Origin: Oculina patagonica
Lineage: Eukaryota
Reading direction: 5' to 3'
Assembly: GCF_052425735.1 (NCBI RefSeq)
Contig: NC_135758.1
Span: forward strand, 30,690,001 to 30,754,000
DNA length: 64,000 nt
How positions within the stretch are numbered: the stretch's first letter is position 1; every line of letters begins with the position of its first letter. The notes below the pieces were generated by a model. The model had not been told where the DNA came from. It saw nothing but the letters and a program-made list of their open reading frames with translations, and did no database searches. Shown here one piece after another: positions 46,480 through 57,821 of the stretch. The position numbers were made by a program, and so were the translations under genes.

Positions 46480-47784
46480 ATGAACCCTAGCAATACAGAT
46501 CTGGCTGCGAACGCTTCAAGCCATGTGGTCCAGGTGCTGTCTGAGTTTTTTTGCCCAGTTGAACCAGTACATATTTGGGTATTAAGCGAAAGAACTGCGT
46601 TTAAGATTGCGGCTGCCATAACACTCATGATTTGCCCTGTTGCCATTCTTCTAAACATCTTAGTAATCTTAGCAATAAAATTGAACAGAGAGTTAAAAGA
46701 ACACAACTCAAACATTTTGTTGGCAAGCTTAGCTGTAGCGGATGTTTTAATAGGCGCTGTCTCCATGCCGTTGGCAATCTGTTTAGATGTGTTTATTCTC
46801 CTCAAGAGGTATATGACTCCGGGTATTTTATGCAGAATAGCTTTCGTAAATGCTCTGACACTGTATATCGGGGGTTGCTCGTCTACGTATCATCTAGCTG
46901 TGATTGCTTGGGAGAGGTACGTGGCGATAACCAAGTCGACAGAATACAAAGTCATCGTTACCAGAGGCCGTGTCAAGAAGTATGCTAAAAGTGCGTGGCT
47001 TCTATGTTTGTTCATAACAATTCCACCGCGTATAATGAAACTCGCTGGTGTCCAGTACAAATACCTTGTGGTCATCAACATGGTTGCCACTCTCCCTGCA
47101 GTTGTGTGCATAATACTAGTCGGCTATTTCTACCTACGGGTTTACCTTTGTGTGTGCAAACGGAACATAAACTCATTTAGCGAAGTCCGTTCTCTCATCA
47201 AAGCCAAGCTCACCACCAAAGTCGCCAAAACGACTGCCATGCTGACAGCTGCTGTGTTAATTTCGTTCATTCCGTCGTCAGTCTACGTGTTATTCGGAGA
47301 GGCAAATCCCGCACTTCGTAGAAGTTCGTATTTCCGTTGGTCGATGATTATGGTTCACCTCAACTCTGTTATCAACCCAGTTCTTTATTGCTACAGGGAC
47401 CGCCGCTATAGAAACGCGATGCTAGAGATGATAACGACGAAGAAAACTACAGCCGGCGCAAAGAAGATCGTCAGACGAATAGGATCTGCCCAGTCAGTGG
47501 AAGATGTCCCGGAGATCAACAGCACACCAAGATCACGGATTCGAAGCTGCGGCTCGATTACAAACCTTGAAGACACTCATCAGTGGAGGACTCATGGAGA
47601 AGTGAAGCGAGGAAGACGTACGTCAGCTCCATCAGATAAAACAAACAGAATGATATGCATATGTGTCGATATTCATCAACCCAAGATGATCGCAACCAAA
47701 CCAGTAATACAAGTTAAAAGCGATGTAACAAGAAAAGGAACCCGAAGTCATCACGAAGACACCAGCGATAAGTCTCTTGCTTGA
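46480..47784 (+). CDS. Orphan class A GPCR, subfamily A copy 6 (434 aa)
   Basis: Near-identical to 36855-38153, with a 6-bp duplication (ICIC). Confidence 0.9.
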   Translation: MNPSNTDLAANASSHVVQVLSEFFCPVEPVHIWVLSERTAFKIAAAITLMICPVAILLNILVILAIKLNRELKEHNSNILLASLAVADVLIGAVSMPLAICLDVFILLKRYMTPGILCRIAFVNALTLYIGGCSSTYHLAVIAWERYVAITKSTEYKVIVTRGRVKKYAKSAWLLCLFITIPPRIMKLAGVQYKYLVVINMVATLPAVVCIILVGYFYLRVYLCVCKRNINSFSEVRSLIKAKLTTKVAKTTAMLTAAVLISFIPSSVYVLFGEANPALRRSSYFRWSMIMVHLNSVINPVLYCYRDRRYRNAMLEMITTKKTTAGAKKIVRRIGSAQSVEDVPEINSTPRSRIRSCGSITNLEDTHQWRTHGEVKRGRRTSAPSDKTNRMICICVDIHQPKMIATKPVIQVKSDVTRKGTRSHHEDTSDKSLA

Positions 47785-49350
47785 AAGATCCAGGCGGGCC
47801 TTGAAGGTTCCCGACACCATTACCGCAAAATGGGACGATCAAAGTCCTTGGATGAACGTGCGTTAGTTGAGATGATCAGCAGCCAGCACAATTCTTGGCA
47901 GGAAGCAATACGAAGACCAAAGACAGCGCCATCAGAGGTAAGAAACAAGAAAATGGCAGAACTTTGACTGACTGGTTTTACAGCAATCAAGGTTAAAAGC
48001 GGCGTGACAAGAAATGGAAGGCGAAGTCATGTTGAGGATACCAACGATCAACTTCAAACCTCAAGATTCCATTCACCACTTCAACCTTAATCCTTAAGCC
48101 CTCAACCTAAAGGACCTAAAGGTTCCCGGCACCATTACCGTGAAATGATGAGATCAAAGTCCTTGGATGACCGAGCGTTAGTCAGGAAGACCGGAAAGCA
48201 TTTAAATCTTCGACAGGAAGTGTTACGAAGACCGAAGATAGTGCCATCCAAATTTTAACGCTGCGTAACACGAAAAGGAAGCCAAGGTTACCTCGAAGAC
48301 ACCAGCGACCAGCCTCAAACCCTAAGTTTCCAGGCATTACTTCATCCTCAGTCCTCAAGCCTTCAACCTGAATGTTCCTGGCAACATTACCGTAAACTGA
48401 CCAGATCAAAGTCCATGGATGAACATACGTTATTTGAGATGATTAGCAGCCAGCAAAAATGTCAGCAGGAGGCGATACGAAGACCGAGGTCATCGCTGCA
48501 AACGTGAGCAAGAAATGGCCAGGAGCTTGCTTTAAGCTTCCTTTATTATCTTAAAATCAGAAGAAATCATCGCCAAAAATGTGTATAAACAAATAAATAT
48601 AAACTAAACAGACAAAATAACGGCTAGAAAGGTTAAACTGTCACAAGAATGGCAATTTTTATTTCTTGACATCCTGTCAATAAATCATTCAAATTTCATA
48701 AACTAAAACCTTTTAATTCTTGCAATCCTGTACTTTATCTCGAAACTACTGCTTCTATTTTACTCTATAGAATCTCTTTGTCCAACTAAGCTGTATATTT
48801 GGTGGCATTTGGCGATATAACGTGGAAATAAGCTGGTTGAAATTTCGCTATTCCAGCAGGACAGTGTCCCTAATTGTGTCCCTTTAACCGTGACCATTCT
48901 ACACCTGTTTTTCGGATACTTGTAAATATCGGAAGCCTAGTAAGTAACCATAAACAGACGCTAATAAAATGTTAAAGCGGTATACCTAATGGTCTCGCAA
49001 ATATATATATATCCATTGTGTTTGGCTTAAGAGTCAGAAGTATCTCTGATCCATAATAAAAGGAGAATTCTGATTTGTTTCCTGAGCGGTCCAAATTTTC
49101 CAGTACGGACCTACTGTAAATGATAATGGACAGCTCAGGAATAGGCCATTTCCGATATATTAAAATTCTAACTTGGCTCCGAGGCTTGGGGGAATATAAC
49201 AAAAGATATCACGTTGAGGTTCAGGAATGAATAAATCATTTCTTTTGTTTTATTCCCCCAAGCCTCGAAGCCAAGTTAGAGTAAGAGTAAGAAAAGTAAG
49301 AAAACTTTATTTATCCACGGAATCACGTTCATCAGTTAATGGTCTTCCAG

Positions 49351-50450
49351 TGTAACGAGGGAAATTAGTATAATTCCGTGATTTCAGAGGAAGTCAGTTT
49401 TAAGCTCACTGTTTTGCTGTAGAGATTCGACCGGGAGTCTCGTTAAGAATAAGAAAGTAATCGTTAAACATTCGATCATGTAATTGTAGTCCAAAATTAC
49501 AAAAAGCTATATATGGACGTGACACAGTTGTTATAATATTTAGCCGCATTTACTCGTCTCACCGATATAATAGACAGTGTTTGTCACTGAGAAAATTACA
49601 CAAAAACCAACAGTAGTTCGACTAGTTCCTGCCCAAGTAGAAATTCATTCATCGTGCGTTTGGAAATTGTACACCTGTACATCTGCAGCTTTTGTTCATA
49701 ACCGCAGTTCATTTAGTAGGACAAACATTTCGGTACCTTATTCTTTTGAGTTTTCCGTTCATAATTAAAAGTTCCTGGTTTTATATTAGTTTCCACGGAA
49801 GTTCGCCAGCTGAACTTATTTTCCTTAATGAAGTTATATTGCTTTTCATTCAAGGGTTGCTCTTAGTTAGTTAGCTGAGCAAACCAATTCCAGAAATCTT
49901 AATAAGCTTTTCATTTTTAATTTCCTATGCTTGCTTTAGCTTAATTTAAGTTCGCTATTTCTAATTTCAAAGTTGTGATTTTTAATCTAAGTTCTCGTAT
50001 TTAATTTTGTAAGCTTCCTACTGTTGATATAAGTTCGCTCTTGTAATTGCAATCGTTTCCTTATTTATTGTACTCAATAGAAAGCTTTTGTTCAAATTGT
50101 AAACACCTTATTTGTAGCAACGATATATAAAGAGCTACGTTGTAAAAGTTTCTTTGATTACATCGAAGATTTACATCCTCGAGTAATAAACTACTGTTGG
50201 ACCCAAGTTCTGTCTCAGCCTTACGTCTGTAGTTCTGAAGTTCCTTGAAGTTAGATCGCCGTGTACTTTGAAGCTTGTTGACGAGGCTTCGTTTCCGCAG
50301 CAAGTGAGTGCTCTACCGAGCTAAGTTTCCCCATATTTCAGTGGTATTTGAGTCATATCTCAGCCAGATTTCAGCGTAGTTACAGCGCACTTTCCGTACA
50401 GTTCAAACGTCGGTTCAAACGCACAAAGCAAGGAAAATCTTATCGTCACA
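49351..50450 (+). repeat. 5' LTR
   Basis: TG...CA, apparently identical to 55601-56700. Confidence 0.95.
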
Positions 50451-50627
50451 GTAAGTGGAGAAGAGTGGTGCTTCTTGGAACTTCAAAGACGTTATCAAGG
50501 CAAGCAAGAGAGGAATAAAAGGAAGCCAACTGACGTTGTCGCAAACTGATGTAATCCCTTGAGCGTAGAAAAGAGGAAACGACCGCTCAAGTAACGTGAG
50601 TAAAATAATCAGAAAGAACAGAAATTG

Positions 50628-53600
50628 ATGAAGTCTGTTAAGAGAGTCTTAAAGAGAAGTTTTCATCCGAGATATAATTTAAGAAGTAGAAGGCTAGCCA
50701 GTCAAACCGTTAAAGCCAGTACGCCTAAAGTCGATACATCTGTTCAAGCCGATTTATCGGAAGAAGATATTTGTGAACTGCTCCACGAATTACCATTTTG
50801 TCCATATACTGGTCTAGTACCGCCACACCAAGCGCACATTGAAAGTTACATTGAATCACATACCGAAGAGTCGAGAAGAATTTCCACAGCATTCTCCTGT
50901 CCAGGTCCAGCCTATAGAACCAACGGAGAAGCAATAGATATCAGTGTTGACCAGAACGAAGGACCATCCATTGTTCAATCGAATTCACCTGTTCAGCATA
51001 TTTTCCGTAGCCCGCGTGAAGCAAGTGAGAGCAGTTCTTTGGAAGATTTTACGCCGATCGAGTCAAGGCAGTTGCAGAGTGGTCCACGCATCGCTTTAGA
51101 AGACGAAAAGATCAGCGAACTCAGCGAAAAAGAAGCAAACAAACCGAATCAACGCCAAGGAACAAGCTTCGCTGGCCAAACAAAACCGATAATTAATTCA
51201 CAAGCAAGTATTCACGACCAAGTGCGAACTCACATAAATTACAAAAAGCCAAACCATAACAAAAGAAGACATCGCAGGGAATCTACTTCCAGCAACGAAC
51301 CAGAAGAAAAAAACTCAAAAGATTACAAAACAGATAGTGAAAGGAAAGAGGATTCCGAAATGAGTGACGAGAGATTCAGTGAAACCGAACCAAACTTCGC
51401 CAAGAGAATCCAGAAACAAGGACCAACAGTAAATATGGATCCACATCTTATTCAAACATTGACAGAAGCTTTACAAAAAATTGGGCAGCAACAACAGACG
51501 TCAATAGTCGTTCCAGAATCTATAAAAATTCAACCATTTCGTGGTTTGGATGGAGATGACGTGGTAGAATGGTTCGAAGTTTTTGAGAATCGCTTGAAAC
51601 GACGAAGCATTGCCCTGGACAGCGAAAGCGCGCTAACAGAATTAGTGCTTCATTTAGCCGGACCAGCAAAAGATTTTTATAGTGATTTGACTGCCGAAGA
51701 GAAGGCGACGCTCGAGAACGTGAAACGAATAATGATAGAACATTACTCAAGCAAGGATCATGGCTATGGTCACCGGGAATACCTGTTGAATCGCCGCCAA
51801 TCGCCAAATGAAAGTCTTGATCACTACCTCATCGATATTTGCTCTAAATTTCGCCGCCTTGGTTTAACCAACAAAGAAAAGATGGCATATTTCTTACAAG
51901 GGCTACGTTCCGATATTCGCCAGCTCGTGTACATGAAAGAACCAAAAACATTTGCGGAAGCAGAAAAGGCCGCTCGATTTGCAGAATCCATCTCTCGCGG
52001 GCCTCATCCCATTACACCTGGTATCTCAACAGAACACGAGTTAATCACGAAACTACTGAACCAAAAGCCCACTAAAGACGAAAGCAGTGCTTCGGCCAGT
52101 CTTGATGCTCTAATTGATGGACTAACAGCGAAGACAGGGGAAGAACAGGTACAATCCCTTGTTAAGAAGCTTAACGGGTTAATAGATAAAGCCACAAGTC
52201 GCCCAATCAGTCAAAGCCAGGAAGCAAAAACCGTGAGTCTTGCTGCATATACGGAGCCTAGCAACAGAGAAACCCCAGATTTCATACGAGAAATTCGCCG
52301 AATTGATAGCAAATTGGAAGAACTTTGCCGTGAAATGGACGCCAGAATAGATGCTCTTATCGCAGCAGATCCATATGACAATTTCAGAGATGGAAACACA
52401 TCTCGCATAGCCGCGTTTTCTGAAACTACGAGAAATGGGGCACCAGAGTTTACTGAAGAAATTCGCCGTATGGAAAAAAGTTTCACCAACAAATTAGAAA
52501 GTCTGTACCGACGAGTAGACAACCGAATAAATAGCCTTGCCCACAGAAACCAAATCACTCGCCCCGAGCTAGCAGAAAACAGAGAACGCAGCCGACAGTC
52601 TAAACCCGTGTGTTACAAGTGTGGACGCGTGGGCCATATTCAGTACAACTGTTACTATTATCACCCAGACGACCAAGATCAAGAAGTGAGACATGAACAC
52701 CGCGCACATTATAGTCCAGCCGAAAATCATCAGTCGAGACCTCATAGCTCAGCACGTTTACTCGCACTAGATGCTCAGTACGCCCATCGCGTTCACGAAT
52801 ATCATAAGAAGGCAGAGAGTCCAGGACAAGAAGTGGAAACGTCCCGTCCGCCAGTACGCACCTGCAGTCTTAATTTTAAAGGAGGAAACTCATCAGATCA
52901 TGTAATAGCCGCCCTGCCTAAGAAAGAAAACACAAACAGCCAGGAAGCAGATGTGAATATCCCAAGTTCAAATCAGAAAGTGAAGCTGGCGGTAACCAAT
53001 CAGCGGCAAAGTCAAATTATGCCAAAGCAAGGACAGTCCTACAAGAGAAATCGCCGAGAAATGAAGTCATCAGTGCAGCAAAGCAATGTCTTTCTGTCAC
53101 GTAGAAGTGATGCCAAACTTACGTCCCCTGACCTGACTACCGTAGGCAAAATAGCAGGCCAAGCCGTTCAGTTACTTGTGGACACTGGAGCATGTGTATC
53201 AGCCATTGACAAACAGTTTTTCACAAAGATTTATGGTCAGTTTCCGCCTAAGATGAGTGACTGTTCCTTATCGTCAATTCAGGCAGTCGGTGGAGGCACA
53301 GTACAAGTGCTAGGGAAGATAACCGTCCCTTTACAGTTAAATGGTTGTGAGTATCCCTGCGACTTCTATGTTATGCAGAATCTTACCTGTGATGCCATCC
53401 TTGGTAGAGATTTTCTCCAAGCAAACAAAGCCTTGATTGACCTGGACAACAGCAGCATTACCTTCAAGAAAACCGGGCATGCTGGGAAACCCACCAGTGC
53501 AACTACATTGCGGCCAGTTATGAGAACTTGCCTTCCCCAGCAGCACAAGTTGAAAGAAAACAACACCGTAGCCACACATGTTGAGACGAGTATTGAGTCC

Positions 53601-54011
53601 AATTGCCAATTAATTCCTCAAAGCAGAAAGATCAAAGCACTGAGATTTCAGCAGCCACTCTTAGTTTTGATGCTCATTATACTGTACCTGCTCACAGCCT
53701 CATGCACGCCGCACACGATAGACAACGCCAAGCCTGTTATTCAGAACATGCCAAAGTTTTTCGTCCACAGAACCCCAGATGATAAAGTTGAAGATGGCCA
53801 AGCGAATCGCGAGGGAACTGCTCAAAGTTTAGTCCCAAAAGAAGAAAAAGGAGAGAGGATAAAAGTATTACAGTCACGTGATGCCCAGAAAACATTGAAG
53901 ACTGACTATTCGAGCCCGCCAACAGTACTCAGCGACTTAGAAGAAGATGCTACGAAAGATGTCTTTGATACTATGAGAGCACACCTTGGAATTGAAGAAT
54001 CATGTTATTGA
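50628..54011 (+). CDS. gag-pro: Gag-aspartic protease polyprotein with a C-terminal hydrophobic segment (~1127 aa)
   Basis: Retrotransposon capsid motifs (PFRGLDGDDVVEWF, LHLAGPAKDFY, RQSPNESLDHY, FLQGL), CCHC knuckle CYKCGRVGHIQYNC, and protease LVDTGA..ILGRDFL. Confidence 0.92.
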   Translation: MKSVKRVLKRSFHPRYNLRSRRLASQTVKASTPKVDTSVQADLSEEDICELLHELPFCPYTGLVPPHQAHIESYIESHTEESRRISTAFSCPGPAYRTNGEAIDISVDQNEGPSIVQSNSPVQHIFRSPREASESSSLEDFTPIESRQLQSGPRIALEDEKISELSEKEANKPNQRQGTSFAGQTKPIINSQASIHDQVRTHINYKKPNHNKRRHRRESTSSNEPEEKNSKDYKTDSERKEDSEMSDERFSETEPNFAKRIQKQGPTVNMDPHLIQTLTEALQKIGQQQQTSIVVPESIKIQPFRGLDGDDVVEWFEVFENRLKRRSIALDSESALTELVLHLAGPAKDFYSDLTAEEKATLENVKRIMIEHYSSKDHGYGHREYLLNRRQSPNESLDHYLIDICSKFRRLGLTNKEKMAYFLQGLRSDIRQLVYMKEPKTFAEAEKAARFAESISRGPHPITPGISTEHELITKLLNQKPTKDESSASASLDALIDGLTAKTGEEQVQSLVKKLNGLIDKATSRPISQSQEAKTVSLAAYTEPSNRETPDFIREIRRIDSKLEELCREMDARIDALIAADPYDNFRDGNTSRIAAFSETTRNGAPEFTEEIRRMEKSFTNKLESLYRRVDNRINSLAHRNQITRPELAENRERSRQSKPVCYKCGRVGHIQYNCYYYHPDDQDQEVRHEHRAHYSPAENHQSRPHSSARLLALDAQYAHRVHEYHKKAESPGQEVETSRPPVRTCSLNFKGGNSSDHVIAALPKKENTNSQEADVNIPSSNQKVKLAVTNQRQSQIMPKQGQSYKRNRREMKSSVQQSNVFLSRRSDAKLTSPDLTTVGKIAGQAVQLLVDTGACVSAIDKQFFTKIYGQFPPKMSDCSLSSIQAVGGGTVQVLGKITVPLQLNGCEYPCDFYVMQNLTCDAILGRDFLQANKALIDLDNSSITFKKTGHAGKPTSATTLRPVMRTCLPQQHKLKENNTVATHVETSIESNCQLIPQSRKIKALRFQQPLLVLMLIILYLLTASCTPHTIDNAKPVIQNMPKFFVHRTPDDKVEDGQANREGTAQSLVPKEEKGERIKVLQSRDAQKTLKTDYSSPPTVLSDLEEDATKDVFDTMRAHLGIEESCY

Positions 54012-54153
54012 GCCATACCGTTAAGTAACTTGAAGTCAAATGTTTACAAAAGTTATCAATTCTGTTATTGATCTAGCACCAAGTGAATAGTATTTAAGCC
54101 GGTAGAAACATAGTGTGAAGACGTCAGACTATTATTGAGATGTTCACAAATTG

Positions 54154-55491
54154 AAAAATAGGTCACCAAGGGTGACATGAGTCTAATGCTTTATGGCATA
54201 GTGATACAGATTGCGCGGGTTTCGTAAGCCGGTTAAAATTGTTAGAGGTATGTGTTGGGGAGTTTTTAAACTCCCGAACACATATAGCAAGCTAGGGGCA
54301 TCGTGGATGATTATGGATGAAAACGAACGGTAATAAATGTTATATGCTTCACAAAATTGAAAGTATATATGGACAGGAGTTGATGTTACTTCTTCAGTAT
54401 TGTCCGTATAAGCAGAAACGATTAAACATTTGGACAAGATTGCGTGACGATTTACAAAAATCATGTTCATTACAACAAGGGTTGAAGAACTTCACATCGT
54501 TTTCTTTCAGATTTTTCACCATTTTGATGATGACTCTTGAAACAGATTTTGCAATAAAAGCACTTGAAATAGTGACTGTTACTCCATTGTACTGTAAACA
54601 CTTAGTGACAGATTTTCCTAAAAACGGGTTTAAATGCTTTCGTCAATATAATGATGACCTTTTGAACGCTGGAAGGCAATTATTATTGAGCTAGGATACA
54701 CAGGAGCGAAGACTGTTTATCGTGATGTACAAATTTTGCGAATCATCACTTCCATATTACTGTAACCATTTTATGATTTTTCTAGCTGTAAGAAGAACTT
54801 GAGATCTCTGAGAGTCATAAAAGCATGAAATTCGATTTCAGTGTATGGCAATGACATGCAAAGACCCGGGACAGTGTAATACTGCAAAGCGGCAAAGCGG
54901 CCAAACAAACTCATTTTGATTTAGTCACGTAGCTTGATTTACATTTATCCATGTACATCTTTTTATTTTTGAAGGTTTTCGTTTGCACTGTGAAAGAAAA
55001 AAATTCGAATGACTTAAATACAAAATACGAGGTAAAGTTTTCTGTTTTCTCAAAATAAACATTTGGTCACATTGTGTAAATAAACGCGAATCGCCGTCGA
55101 AATATTTTTTTCTCAAAGACGTTTTGCTTTTTAAGCAAGACGAAAACACAAGTGCTTAAGTGACCTTTAAACGAAGTTTTATTTTCACAAAAAGCTTACA
55201 AATGCCTTAACTGGAAAATTATTTCGTCTTGTGCAAGTGTTGAATAATCGTGACTTGAAAAAGAACTTTTAATTATGCGTGGGAACACGTGTCGCTGATT
55301 GGCTGTTTTTAATTGAAACTAATCGTGCGTGTCCGTACGGAGTCCGATCTTGCAGCTGGTCATTGTTTTCTACATTACAGCGAACGATTATCGATCCCGA
55401 ACCATTCCCTTGGGATTGCTAACAGCTTTTTTCATACTACAAAGAGTCTAATGCGCATGCGCAAAGCGCACGCAAGCATTAGACTCAAAAA
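54154..55491 (-). mobile_element. Non-autonomous Helentron-type element (HINE), copy 2, inside the LTR element 3' UTR
   Basis: Reverse-complement homolog of 4148-5474, with the same subTIRs, hairpin and T-run boundaries. Confidence 0.8.
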
Positions 55492-55600
55492 GCAAGTTGA
55501 TTTTTGAGACCGTTTAAAACTCAAGTATTCCACCGCATGGTAGTTATGAGTTCTAATAACTTTTTCTCGACCGGGAGGTCTCGTTTTAAGGTGGAAGGAA

Positions 55601-56700
55601 TGTAACGAGGGAAATTAGTATAATTCCGTGATTTCAGAGGAAGTCAGTTTTAAGCTCACTGTTTTGCTGTAGAGATTCGACCGGGAGTCTCGTTAAGAAT
55701 AAGAAAGTAATCGTTAAACATTCGATCATGTAATTGTAGTCCAAAATTACAAAAAGCTATATATGGACGTGACACAGTTGTTATAATATTTAGCCGCATT
55801 TACTCGTCTCACCGATATAATAGACAGTGTTTGTCACTGAGAAAATTACACAAAAACCAACAGTAGTTCGACTAGTTCCTGCCCAAGTAGAAATTCATTC
55901 ATCGTGCGTTTGGAAATTGTACACCTGTACATCTGCAGCTTTTGTTCATAACCGCAGTTCATTTAGTAGGACAAACATTTCGGTACCTTATTCTTTTGAG
56001 TTTTCCGTTCATAATTAAAAGTTCCTGGTTTTATATTAGTTTCCACGGAAGTTCGCCAGCTGAACTTATTTTCCTTAATGAAGTTATATTGCTTTTCATT
56101 CAAGGGTTGCTCTTAGTTAGTTAGCTGAGCAAACCAATTCCAGAAATCTTAATAAGCTTTTCATTTTTAATTTCCTATGCTTGCTTTAGCTTAATTTAAG
56201 TTCGCTATTTCTAATTTCAAAGTTGTGATTTTTAATCTAAGTTCTCGTATTTAATTTTGTAAGCTTCCTACTGTTGATATAAGTTCGCTCTTGTAATTGC
56301 AATCGTTTCCTTATTTATTGTACTCAATAGAAAGCTTTTGTTCAAATTGTAAACACCTTATTTGTAGCAACGATATATAAAGAGCTACGTTGTAAAAGTT
56401 TCTTTGATTACATCGAAGATTTACATCCTCGAGTAATAAACTACTGTTGGACCCAAGTTCTGTCTCAGCCTTACGTCTGTAGTTCTGAAGTTCCTTGAAG
56501 TTAGATCGCCGTGTACTTTGAAGCTTGTTGACGAGGCTTCGTTTCCGCAGCAAGTGAGTGCTCTACCGAGCTAAGTTTCCCCATATTTCAGTGGTATTTG
56601 AGTCATATCTCAGCCAGATTTCAGCGTAGTTACAGCGCACTTTCCGTACAGTTCAAACGTCGGTTCAAACGCACAAAGCAAGGAAAATCTTATCGTCACA
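55601..56700 (+). repeat. 3' LTR
   Basis: TG...CA, preceded by the PPT. Confidence 0.95.
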
Positions 56701-56779
56701 CCAGAGATCCGTGCTCTAATATAATTACAAAATGGAATTTAAAATAAATAATGAGTTCAAATATGTGTAGATATATATA

Positions 56780-57821
56780 TGACTGGATTTTTGAAAACAT
56801 GGTCTCCGGTTGAAGCAAAACTTTTTCGCCTGTCGCCTGGCGATAGCCAGGGGTCAGGCCAGCCTGGCGCTTGAAAAAGCAGGGGGCTTGGTGTCTTGAA
56901 GGGTTTTGGCATGCAGCCCAGGCTTCAGGCTACAGGGTGGTACCATGCCAACCAGCAGGTCTCATAACCCAGGGGGGTGGGGTGGGTTCAAAAAGTGGAC
57001 ACTTGGACTAAAAAACTGATTTTTTGGTCTTTTTTGGTTTTCGTCAGCAGAACTGGCCTGGTTAGGCAACAAGGTTAGGTTGCGGCGGTGATCCAGCTGG
57101 GCAAAACTCAGGTGAGTGTGTTTGTTCGCCAGTGACTGCTTGACTTTGCTTGATTGACTGAAAATGCCTTTGATTTTCCTGGCAAAGTGCCAGTGAGAGG
57201 TTTGTGTTGCTGACACGGTTTTCAAAAATTCAGTCATAATTGTTGGCAGGGAATGCCTGCTTCCAGCTGGCTGTGACCTACCGTTAGCCAGGCTCGGGCA
57301 CCGGGCAAGTCAGCTGGGCAAACAGTGATTGTCAGTGCAATTCCAGGCATTACCTGCCAACATATGACTGGATTTTTGAAAACATGGTCTCCGGTTGAAG
57401 CAAAACTTTTTCGCCTGTCGCCTGGCGATAGCCAGGGGTCAGGCCAGCCTGGCGCTTGAAAAAGCAGGGGGCTTGGTGTCTTGAAGGGTTTTGGCATGCA
57501 GCCCAGGCTTCAGGCTACAGGGTGGTACCATGCCAACCAGCAGGTCTCATAACCCAGGGGGGTGGGGTGGGTTCAAAAAGTGGACACTTGGACTAAAAAA
57601 CTGATTTTTTGGTCTTTTTTGGTTTTCGTCAGCAGAACTGGCCTGGTTAGGCAACAAGGTTAGGTTGCGGCGGTGATCCAGCTGGGCAAAACTCAGGTGA
57701 GTGTGTTTGTTCGCCAGTGACTGCTTGACTTTGCTTGATTGACTGAAAATGCCTTTGATTTTCCTGGCAAAGTGCCAGTGAGAGGTTTGTGTTGCTGACA
57801 CGGTTTTCAAAAATTCAGTCA
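56780..57821. mobile_element. A-B-A composite element (457-bp direct repeats around a 128-bp core) inserted in a (TA)n tract
   Basis: A = 56780-57236 and 57365-57821, each with inverted ends TGACTG.ATTTTTGAAAAC. Core B has its own inverted ends TGTTGGCAGG.AATGCCTG. Confidence 0.8.

Larger units (their letters stand above)
30087..49349 (+). repeat. ~9.63-kb tandem segmental duplication (30087-39714 and 39715-49349)
   Basis: Constant offset of 9625-9633 between ORF pairs (30204/39832, 34532/44159, 36855/46480, 39339/48972). Junction GGTCTTCCA|TGAACACC at ~39716. Confidence 0.92.
49351..56700 (+). mobile_element. Non-autonomous Ty3/Gypsy-like LTR retrotransposon (Gag-PR only), 7350 bp
   Basis: Two 1100-bp LTRs, TGTAAC...GTCACA. 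4-bp TSD CCAG (49347-49350, 56701-56704). PPT AAGGTGGAAGGAA before the 3' LTR. No RT, RNase H or integrase. Confidence 0.95.
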
